In this document: one piece after another, positions 26,303-38,300 of the stretch
Numbering within the stretch: the stretch's first letter is position 1
How the letters are laid out: every line of letters starts with the position of its first letter
Source: Octopus sinensis
Lineage: Eukaryota
Length of the DNA stretch: 64,000 bases
Reading direction: 5' to 3'
Assembly: GCF_006345805.1 (NCBI RefSeq)
Contig: NC_043006.1
Span: 31,992,001-32,056,000, forward strand
Program-made: the position numbers and the translations under genes
Notes under the pieces: model-generated
Seen by the model: only the letters and a program-made list of their open reading frames with translations
The model's database searches: none
Told to the model about the DNA's origin: nothing

Positions 26303-29300
26303 ATTAATCAATATAGGGTGGCAGAAAAAATTTTGTGGAATTTATTTGCGGTTGAAGCTTTGGCTGTTATTTCTAGTGGGTGAATGGCCTATCATGGCCG
26401 TTCCTTGATTGTTGATATATATATATACATCATCGTTTAACGTCCACTTTCTATGCTGGCATGGGTTGGACAGTTTGACTGAGGACGGGCGAACCAGATG
26501 GCTGCACCAGGCTCCAATCTTGATCTGGCAGAGTTTCTACAGCTTGATGCCCTTCCTAACGCCAACCACTCCGAGAATGTAGTGGGTGCTTTTACGTGCC
26601 ACCGGCACGAGGGCCAGTCAGGCGGTACTGGCAACGGCCACGCTCAAATTGTGTCTTTTACGTGCCACCTACACATGAGTCAGTCCAGCGGCACTGGAAA
26701 CGACCTCGCTCGAATATCTTTTCACGTGCCACCGGCACAAGTTCTAGTAAGGCGACGCTGGTAACGATCACTCTCGAATGGTGCTGTTTACATGTGTGTC
26801 TGTTTTTGTCCCCCCAAACACAACTGATGTATAGCGGTTCGGCAAAAGAGACTGATAGAAAAGTACTAGGCTTACAAAGAGTAAGTCCTGGGGGGGGGGC
26901 GATTTGTTCGACTAAAGGTGGTGCTCCAGCATGGCCGCAGTCAAATGACTGAAACAAGCAAAAGAATAGTGGTTATGTATGTCCAGTTTTCAGGCTGTAG
27001 TTGTTTGCAGCATCTACAATCGGAGTTATGTGTCCAGTTTTCACAATTACGATTGTATGTCCACCTGATAGTAGCTTGGATATGGAGCTATGGTCATGAG
27101 CCTTGTTAGAAATCGTGGCCAAACCTCCCTCAAAACACACCCTACTTACTATTTTAAAGGAGTACTGACATGTTGGATATTTGGTTTTGATTGCATTGCT
27201 TCCAGGAAAGGAAAGAAAAAAAGAAATTAAAAAAAAAAAGGATGGTCATACTGGCCATGCTTGTGACTATAAATCTGCTTTGTCAAGGTTGACCATAGGT
27301 TGGTGCTAAGAATCCTTAACAGCTCCATTCTTAATTCTGTGCTATAATTTTCACCTGTACTTACAGAAATAGTAAGAGAATCAGCAAGAAAATATGTACA
27401 AGATTGTATATTAATTGGCATACTTCTCCCCCACCCAATCATTATTGACCTGTATGCTCTTTATTCCTCTCTCCATAATTATTTCTTGTTTATTTTTCAA
27501 TACTCACTATAATAATATGTAACATAGCCGGAAGTCCTCAGTATCAGATGATCTTAGGAGAAACTTCTGTGCCACTGTTGAATCAATATTATTGTATGAA
27601 ATTCACTGCTTGGCCACTCACCAGACATGTTGAGGCCAGGTTCTATGATGCTTATAACTGGCACTCCATTGGTTATGATGACGAGGCTTCCAGTTGATCT
27701 GATCAACTGAAGAACCTGTTTGTCAAATTAACATGCAAGTGGTTGAGCACTCCACAGACAAACGTAGTTCTCAGGGAGATTCAGTGTGACACAGAATGTG
27801 ACAAGGCTGCCCCCCCCCCCCTCATCCTTTGTATTATGACTACAACTCATGTTTGCTATCTGAGTGGACTGGAGCAATGGGAAATAAAGTGTCTTGCTCA
27901 AGGACACAACATTCCTCTGGAAATCGAACTCGTGAGCTTACAATTGTAAGCCAGATACCCTAACCATCAACCTACCCACCTACATATGATGGTTGTTCTA
28001 CTCCTATTGACCAAACTGAAATTCTCCTGGAAAAAGAGTCTGATCAAACAAGGATCATATAACAGGCTTCTTGTAGTGATTGATGTGACTTGAGAGAGAG
28101 AGAGAAATGCATGCTTATTTGAAGGATATTGCTGCAGTGTGTGCAAACAATTCGCCGACAGACAATTGGCTGATTGGAACAATAAGCCAACATGCAGAAG
28201 TATCAATCATGAAGTTCATCAAGACCTTCTCCTGAAGGGTGACACCACGCCTTCAGTAGAAGAGATAACGTCCGTCACCCTAACTTATCTAAATTAATTG
28301 AGAAGCTTAGGGTGGAAGAGTCACACACCGAAATGGTAATAGAACAGGCCATATCAAGGGTGGAAGTGGCAAGGAAAAGCAAAAAGTTTATTCATCTTAA
28401 GACTTAAAACCATTGTTCTTAATTACGACAATGAAGCTGGGATGGAATTTTTAAGGGCATGTGACCATAACTGTATGTGATAACTTTATTTCTACAGTTC
28501 TATGTTTAAGAGATGAACAATTATGTGCATTATTTACATTTGACAGATATTTCTCCTCATCTTGTTTGTTTTTAACACGTTTTGTCTGATATACCCTCCA
28601 GCCTTCATCGGGTGTCTTGGGGAAATTTCAAACCTGGGTTCTCATCCCTAAGGTATTTTTCGACCCTCCTCCTCCTCCTTCTTCTAAATTTAATTAAATT
28701 TATAAGCCCTAAAATGCACTCCATGATTGCCCACAAGCATATGGCATAGTGGTTAAGAGTGCGGGCTACTAACCCCAAGATTCCAAGTTTGATTCCAGGC
28801 AGTGACCTGAATAATAACATCAAAAGATACCTTAGGAATGAGAACCCAGGTCCAAAATTTCCCCAAGACAGCTGAAGAAGGCTGGAGGGTATATCAGCTG
28901 AAACGTATTAACAACAAACGAGGACAAATATCCTTCAAATGTAAATAATGTATCTTTATTTCTATTTGTGAAAACTAACAAAACTTTTTGTGCTTTTTCC
29001 ATATGTCAACCTATTGTACGTAATATCTCTTTATAAATAAATTGTTTTTATTTGTATGTCTAATAAAACCTTTTCATAACTTTTACTTTGTTTTTAAAAA
29101 AAATATTGACATATTGTTCTGTCTGTAAGTTGTCTGTTGACTTAATAGTCCATCTACCTTGCTGGAGAGCTAAGCAAGAACTAATTAAACTAACATAGAT
29201 ACACATAAGTTGGCTCAGACAAAAACCTTCATCAACACCAGATGTTGGTCTGCTGACTTGCCAAATGCTCTGCAGGTTTGTGATGGGTGCTGTGATTGAG

Positions 29301-32300
29301 GTCGATCTGAGCAAGCTTGACCAGAAGGACTTAACTATTGATGAAAATTGCTTGCATTGGAGTAAACTTGCCATTTTGGCTTTTTTAAAAACACATTTTA
29401 AAGTCACTTCTTTTTTTTTTATAAAAATAGTTGTGTCAAATATCAAAATTATCCAATATCATTGTAAAATTATAATTTAGATGTTAATGACTGATAAAGG
29501 ACTTTGATACTTATTGTTATTAAGGTGGAGAACTGGCAGAGTCATTACCGTGCCAAGTAAAATACTTAATGGAATTTTGTCCCGTCTGAGTTCAAATTCT
29601 GCTGAGGTCAGCTTCGTCTTTCATCCTCTTGGGGGTCGATAAAATAAGTACCAGTTGAACACTGGGGTCAGTGTAAGGTGGTGAGCTGGCAGAACCGTTA
29701 GTGTGTCAGGCAAATTGCTTAGCAGCATTTGTTCCTGTTCTTTACGTTATGAGTTCAAATCCTGCTGAGGTCAGCTTAGCATTTCATGCCTTCCGAGGCC
29801 TGTAAAATAAAGTACCAGTCAAGTACTTCGGCGAATGTAATCATCTTGCCCCTTCCCTTCAAAATTGTTGGCCTTGAATCCTGCAGCGAGCCAGTGTCTC
29901 ATTCAGGGGCTATGTTGTGATTTGGTAACCTAAGTAACAGGTCTTCTGATTCATAGCACTCAAGAGAGAAAAATAGTAAAACCAAAGAACTTAATGCCAC
30001 TGAAAAGTGAATAATAATACATGAATTTTAATGTCCTTTTTTTCCTTCTTTTTCCCTAGTTCCTTATTTACAAGTTCCGTATTGAACCTTGCTGAATTGG
30101 TAGCACTGCGTCCTGATTTGGCTCGACTTCATAAAGTTATCTATTTTCATGAAAATCAACTAATTTATCCTGTCAGGAAAGAACAGACCAGGGATTTTCA
30201 ATATGGATACAATCAGATTTTATCATGGTAAGCACATTCTAATTATTATTACGATTATTAAAGCAGAACTAGTTAAGTACTAGTTATCTGTCTGCGTTGA
30301 CTTCTCTGGAGTTGATTTACTCAACTTATAGATTTGTAACTTTGTGCAAAAATTCATTATTGTTTAGGAAAGGAGAATGGAGTATACTTTGTGTTAACTG
30401 TTTTAAGAATGTATTATATCTAATAGGATACACTACCTGTGTGTTTCAATTTAATTTCAATATAATCAATCATTTTAAGAGATTTAAAGAAACAACAGTT
30501 TTTCATGATTAAGTTGGTGCTTTAAGCATAAAAGGTTTTTACATAGAATTAAGGTTACAGGTTTTAATTTTAAAATCAGTGCTTTACAACAGCTAGACAT
30601 AGTTTTAGGTGAATTGGTATAGAGAGAGTTAATCACCTCACAGCCTTTAGTTTTGTCCTATGTTTTCAGATCAAGCATTTTCATCATCATCATTTAACGA
30701 CTGTCGTCCATGCTGGCATAGGTTGGATGGTTTGTCCAGGGCTGGGAAGCTGCACTAGACTCCAGTCTGATTTGGCATGGTTTTTTTATGGTTGGATGCC
30801 CTTCCTAACGCCAACCGTTCCAAGAGTGTAATGGGTGCTTTTATGTGCCACCAGTATCTGCCACAGCTGATTTTGCTCGGCTTCATGGGTCTTCTTCTCA
30901 AGCATGACATAATGCTAAATGTCTCGATCATTGCCTCTGTGAGGCCCAATACTTGAAAGGAACTCAGCCACTTTGCCTCTTCGAGGCCCAACATTCGAAA
31001 GAAACCCGGCCACTTTGCCTCCTCGAAGCCCAATGCTCAAAAGGTTCTCTTTACGTGACACCAGCACCAGCCATGACTATGATTTCGCTTGGCTTGATGG
31101 GTCTTCTCAAGCACTGCATATCGTCAAAGGTCTTGGTCACTAGTCAATGCCTTTGTGAAGCTCAAAGTACGAAGATCATGCTTCACCACCTCATCCCATG
31201 TCTTGCTGGGTCTACCTCTACCACAGGTTCCCTCCATAGTTAGAGATTGGCACTTCTTTACACAACTGTCCTTGTCTATATGCATCACATGACCATACCA
31301 GTACATTCGTCTCTCTTGCACACCATATCTGATGCCTCTTATGCCTGACTTTTCTTTCAAGACGCTTATACTTTGTCAAACATGTACACTGACATTGCAC
31401 ATCCAGCAAAGCATACTGGCTTCATTTCTTTCAAGCCTACGCATGTCCTTGGTTGTCACAGCCCATGTTTCACTGCCATGTGGCATGGCTGTTTGCACAC
31501 ATGCATCATACAATCTACCTTTCATTCTGAGATAGAGGCCCTTTGTTGCCAGCAGTCGTAGCAGCAATTTGAGCTTTGCCCAGCCTAATCTTATTCTCAT
31601 AGCTATGCAACTCCACTACTAACTTGGTCACTTAGATAACAGAAGCTATCTACTACCTCTAGCTTGCCACTCTGGAAGCTGATGGAGTCTATTTTCTGCA
31701 CAGTTTCAGCGTTTATTGTACCTGTGCATCTTCCACATGCAAAAGCTAGTTTGCCTGTTAACCTTCCTCTGATATTGCTGCACCTTTTATGTGTCCAAAG
31801 CTTACATCAGGTGCATCTTATAGAGTTTCTACCAACGCCTTTTCTACTGATAGAGCAGGGCCATCTACCTGAAAGGATTTGTGGTTTGTCTGCCTTCCTA
31901 CTTACTAAGACTTTGTTTTTTGCTAGGATAACTCTAGACCTTGCTTCCATACCTGGATGTTCTTTTGTAGTTCTGGTAGTGATTCAGCGACATGGTCATC
32001 AGCATAGAGAAGTTCCCTGGGGCAGCCCGTCTTAAATTCCTCTGTTATTGCCTAGAGGACTTTGATGAACAAGACAGAGCTGAGCACTGAACCCCTACTT
32101 GTACTTTGGTGAACCCCTACTTGTACCCTGAATTCTTTGTTGTACTCATTGCCAACCCTTACTGGTAGCATCCTGTACATAGCTTGTACAGCTCTCACCA
32201 ACCACTCGTCTATCCCTAGTTTTTGCATTGACCACCAGTCAAGGGATCAGGGACTCTGTCAAAGGTTTTCTCCAAGTCTTTGGTTATGTATTTCCCTTGC

Positions 32301-35300
32301 AGCTGCCTTACCAGAAATATAGCATCAGTGGTGCTTCTCCCTGGCACAAAGCCAAACTGCATCTCACCTAGACTAACTCTCTCCTTAATTAGTTGGGCTA
32401 TGACTCTCCCCATAACTTTCATCACACGATCCAACAATTTGATACCTTTGTAATTATTTCTATCTCAGGCATCACTTTTACCTTTGTAGTAGTTGGCTAT
32501 GGTGTTGCTTCACCAGTTGTTGGGTATGACTCCTTCATGAACCATCTGATTTACAATATGGGTGACTAGACCATGATCCACACTACCAGATATTTTAAGC
32601 ATCTCAGCAGTGATTCCTGATGGGCCAGGGGCTTTCCCTTGTTTTCATATCCTTAATTGCTTTATTTACCAAGAAATACTTAACAATTTTTTCTTTTTTT
32701 TTTTCTATTCATTAAAGGGGGTTTATTGAAGCCGAAATATTGGTAGTAACTTTTGGTTTGTTTTACCTTTTCCCTCTGCTGACACATCTCAATTTATACT
32801 TTCAACAGTGTTGTGGCTGATGTTGTAGTGTTCAACTCTGAATTCAATAAGAACACATTTCTACAGAACATCAACAGATTTCTCAACATCATTCCTGATT
32901 ATCATCCAAAGAATCTCATGAAAAAAATCGCGCCAAAGTGCCGAGTCTTATATTTCCCATTATCCTTTCCTGACTGTCCAACAGAAAGCTTGCTAGAAAA
33001 CAAATACTCACATTTAACCCACGGCTGCATGATGGATAAATGCTTAGAGAAAGTTTTGAAGGAAACTGAAGAATGTGGTTCATCCTCAAAACTTACAGAA
33101 CAAATATCTGAGACAAGCAATGAAGTCTTGACCAATGGAAGACAAGATAAAGTTTTGGCTAATGGAACTCATTCTGCAGTTGATTTCCAAAATACTGTAG
33201 ATTGCATCAGTGATAAAACTTTGGAACCAGAGATATTGCCATCTGTTCAAGAGAATGGAAGAAAACTTCATATTGTTTGGCCTCATCGTTGGTAAGTAAA
33301 TAATTTTGGTCAAATTGTTATATCTTCTCAAATAAATATTTTTAACTAATTCGTTTTTAACAGTCAAGCTTGAAGCACATAAGGCTATAAATAACAGTGT
33401 GTAAATATTCTTTTCTACTCTAGGCACAAGGCCTGAAATTTTGGGGCAGGGTGCCGGTTGATTGATCAACCTCAGTACGCAATTGGTACATAAAAAGCAC
33501 CATCTGAATGTGGCCGATGCCAGTACATGCTGACTGGCCCCAGTGTTGGTGGCACGTAAAAAGCACTCACTACACTCTTGGAGTGGTTGGCATTAGGAAG
33601 GGCATCCAGCTGTAGAAACATTGCCAGATCAGATTGGAGCCTAGTGCAACCGCTGGCTCTCCAGACTTCAGTCAAACTGTCCAACCCATGCCAGTATGGA
33701 AAGCGGACGTTAAACGATGATGATGATGAGGGTGCAAGTCATTGATTACATTGACCCCAGTGCTCAGCTAGTATTTATTTTATCAACCCTGAAAGGATGA
33801 AAGGCAAAGTCAACCCCACAGGCATTCGAACGCAGAATGTAAGATCGGGAAAAATGTTGCTAAGCCTTTTTTTCCAGTGCGTTAATGGTTCTGCCAGATC
33901 ATAACCCTAAAGCAGTTAAATGTTGGTTTCAAATTTAGGCACAAGGCCAGCAATTTCAGGAGAAGGGGTAAGTTGGTTACATTGGCCCCAGTACGCAACT
34001 GGTACTTATTTTATTGACCTTGGAAGGACGAAAGGCCAAGTCAACCTTTGTAGTATTTGAACTCAGAATGTAAAAACTGACAGAATGCCACTATGTATTT
34101 GGCCATGTGCAATAATGGTTCTGCCAGCTTGCAACCCTAAAGCAGATAAATATTAAAACCATAAGTCGATGTATTGTAAGGGAAAATGGCTTATGTGGGC
34201 AACAAGGATGTGACTGGGCAATGAGTATTGAAGCATGTTAGTTGCTATTTTGAATCAGCGAAGAAGTGGTGGAAATCTGACCATTTCATTCACTTGAAAT
34301 ACCAAAAGTAAAACTGTGGTTGTCGAAACCCAGGGCTTGCATGAAGCACACATTACCAGCTCCTACATATTTCCAAGTCTACTTCTGAGATGGTTCTGGG
34401 AATTTGTAATCTGTAAATAACACATTGCTCTTTACCATGTAACCCTTGAACTCACAATCGTGGGGTTGATGTAATCGATTGAGCCCTTGTGCCAAAATCT
34501 GAAACCAATGTTAGTTATGGTTGACCCATTTAATTAGTGCTACTTTGAAAAACACAACACGTTGATGTGTATTGATAATAATAATGATGATGATGGACAT
34601 TTTTGAAACTTTTCCAGGGAACATGATAAAGACCCCGAAAGATTCTTTAATATTTTAAATTGGCTCCATGAAGAAAATTTTGATTTCTGGGTTTCTGTTA
34701 TTGGCCAAAGCTTTTCTGAAGTTCCAGGTAATTACTCTAATGTTTAATTAACGTAAGTATTGCATTTCTTTTTTAGAAGAATCAGTTATGATGTTGAGGG
34801 TTCCAGTTGATTCAATCAACCAAACAGCATGCTCATGAAATTAACATGTAAGTGGCTGGGTACTCCACAGACATGCATACCCTTAATGTAGTTCTCAGGG
34901 AGGTTCAGTGCGACACAGAATGTGACAAGGCCGGTCCCTTTGAATTACAGGTACAACTCATTTTTGCCAGCTGAGTGGACTGGAGCAATAAAGTGAAATA
35001 AAGTGTCTTGCTCAAGGACACAATGTATATGCTGGGAATTGAACTCATGACCATACGATCTTGAGTTAATCCCTTTATGGGACTCATTGGCTTAATAATC
35101 AAATTGTAAATTTATCTTGGTGTTTTAACCCATTAAGTCCCACTGTCCTATAAATAGGACACTAAATGAGAACATTAAATAAGCTATAACACATTGTCTC
35201 AGTGTCCTATTTATAGGACATCGAGTATTTCCATTTCTACTCGAGGTAAAAGAGTTTTAATAAATATTTTTTCATTTTAACCTATTTTCAATCATTGGTA

Positions 35301-38300
35301 AAAATTTAAAAGTAATATTCAGAAATTTAAGTACTCTGGCTTCTGTTCACGGAGGCCGCCTTGTCCAAATTGTAATTGTGTTTGGTATTCTAAAGTTTTT
35401 TTCCTCAGTTCAGGGATTTTTAATGTTGATTGAGTTTATTCTTTTATCTCTCTTATTACAATGGCTTACAGCTTAATGACGTGGGAGTCTTCTTTGAGAC
35501 ATTGTTCCTAGAATGGTGTCCAGTTTTTTTGTCTGATTGCTTCTTCATCATCATCATCATCCGTTTTCCCTGCTGGCATGGGTTGGATGGTTCAACTGGG
35601 GTCCAGGAAGCCAGGAGGCTGCACCAGGCTCCAGTCTGATCTAGCAGTGTTTCTACTGCTGGATGCCCTTCCTAATGCCAACCACTCTGAGAGTGTAGTG
35701 GGTGCTTTTTACATGCCACTGTCACAGGGGCCAGGGCAATGACCACAATCGGTTGGTGCTTTTTACATGCCACTGGCACGGGGATCACAACTACAATTTC
35801 CATTTGTGTATTATGAGCTATCAAAGGAGCTTCTAGGTGGTCGTTTGACTTGCTAGAAATAGCAGCCAAATCTTTCTGTCATCCCAAATAAAGATTGAAT
35901 CATCATCATCAATGTCATTTAACGTCTGTTGTCCACGCTGGCATGGGTTGGACTATTTGACCAGGGCTGCACCAGACTCTCATCTGATTTGGCATGATTT
36001 CTACAGCTGGATGCCCAACCTCTTTCAGAATGTGCTCAGTGCTTTCACATGGCACAGCAGTGAGTATTTTACACCAGCAGAGGATCAGTCTTAACAGTTC
36101 TGAATACTTTGGATAATCTAGTCCTAAATACCCACCAAAAAGATATGGCGATTACTACTTGAATATCTTTAATCATAAGTCTGTACAATCAAGATTAACC
36201 TGGGTTTAAACAGCATCATATATTTTACGCATAAATAGAAAAATCTTATGAAAACTGCCACATGCTGATTAAAGAATGGGAAGAATAGCAAAAAAAAAAA
36301 AAAATTCTGTATTTTGTCTTTAACTTACAATAATCATTTAATAAGATCTTTCATTCATATATTTCAGATGTTTTTATACAATCAAAGGAAAAACTAAAAG
36401 TTCATCTCAAAACTTGGGGATATGTTGACGACAAGAAAGATTATTATGAAATTCTAAAAACAGCAGATGTCGTTGTTTCCACTGCAAAACATGAATTCTT
36501 TGGAGTATCAATGTAAGTATATGTGCTTTTTGATTTTTCTTTGACCACCATCACATCTAATATCTTTGGGATCTGCCTCAAGTGTCTCATCAGATAAAAA
36601 ACCCTCATCGTGAAGGGTTTTTTTTTTCATCTGTTTGCCATGTAATATCTTTATCTCTCATCTGTACAGTTGGGTAAATAATATTGCTTTCAAATTTTCA
36701 CACAAGGCTGGCAAGTATGGAGAAGAGGGTAAGTCGATTACATTGACCCCCCCCCCCAGTGCATTACTGGTACTTATTTTATTGACCCTGGACGGACGAA
36801 AGGCAAAGTTGACTTTGGCAACATTTGAACCCAGAGTGTAAAAATTGGTTGGAATACAGTGAAGTCTTTTGCTAGACATACTAATGATTTTAATGCTTAG
36901 TATGCTATGCATTTCATCATCATCATCATCATTGTTTGATGTCCGCTTTCGATACTGGCATGGGTTAGACAGTTTGATTTAGGACTGGCAAGCCAGAAGG
37001 CTGTACCAGGCTCCAATCTGATCTGGCAAGGTTTCTACAGCTAGATGCCCTTCCTAACACCAACTTTTGGACTATATGTGGACTCGAATGTACTTGTTCT
37101 TCAGTTGCTCTCTCCTCATTTCAGGATGCTGAACTGGCCGTGTTCATCTCATGATCTATTTCATAACTGAACCTACCATTACAACTAATTGTACTTGCCC
37201 AGATAAATAAAGTGGTTTGACTCTGCCAGGTCCTGACTTTCAATGATGAAGCACTTTGTGCTGTTTGGCTTGCATCAGGGTTTGACTGATTGAGAACTTT
37301 GGTCTTTTAGGTTTTAATATTGAAATCCAATTTTCTGGCAGTACAACTACAAAATGTTGACTATTAACATGAACTTGGTAGATACTTTACCAGACTCATG
37401 TCAAACAGCCACACCGGCATTGCAACTTAATTCCTTTTTTCCCTTTAATCATTTGTTTTGCTATTCATAACTGTATTCATTAGTGGTTAATCAATATATT
37501 TTGATTAGTCCACTCTGCTGAGTGATTGATGTTAGGAAGTGCATCCAGCTGTAAAAATCCTGCCAAAACAGCCATAGGGGTCAGGTGCAGGCTTTGGCCT
37601 GGCTGGCGTTTGTAGTATTGTCCCACCCATGCTCGCATGGAACACAGATGTTAAATAATAATGAAGATGTAGAAGAAGAAGAAGGGTTATTGATGTGATT
37701 CAACAGAAATATTCTAAATGATTAGCTTCTTGCATCAGATTTGCTGTTGTTGTACAATTCAGTAAAAAAGTGGGTAAATTTTATGGTGACAGAACAGCAG
37801 ACATACTGTCATGTGTTGTGCCTTGGAAACTGGTTCACTTGACTTCTTTTGCTAACTGAAGGATCTGGCCCTAGAAATACTGATTAAAGACAATTTAGTG
37901 TCTACATCAGTAGTAACAGACAACCAAATGAGAGGATGTCAGCCAGATTCAGAAACTGGCGATGTACTGTTTCTGTGACTGAGGCCATCAACTCTGAAAT
38001 AGTGTTGCGGGGTTGATAAAGATAACCATTATAAACTGTGGGAGCATAGTAAAACTGACAAGTGTTTTCTTGGCTTGTAGTAGTGGGTTAGAGTTAGGGT
38101 TCTGGCTGAGGCGAAGGTTAGCTGAAATGCACTGTTGTCATATCAGGTGGTGGTTGGGTGGGGTGTCAATGTCTCTCATCTTATTCTTGAAACCCAAAGA
38201 TAAACAAGAATCTATGGAAGTGCAGGGAAAAATAATCCTTCCCCCGTCACCACCATCATATATCTATATTTCGTGCTGGCATGGTTTGGACAGTTTGACA

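Noticed and set aside
29275-29362. Possible extra phase-2 exon in QTMAN intron 1 ([16 protein letters not shown]...)
   Set aside because: The only donor gives phase 1 (frameshift), and the peptide has no GTDC1 similarity.
37238-37295. C/D-box snoRNA-like ATGATGA...CTGA with a short terminal stem in QTMAN intron 5
   Set aside because: Only 36 nt between the boxes, no C'/D' boxes, no K-turn bulge and no recognisable rRNA/snRNA complement; expected by chance in AT-rich DNA.
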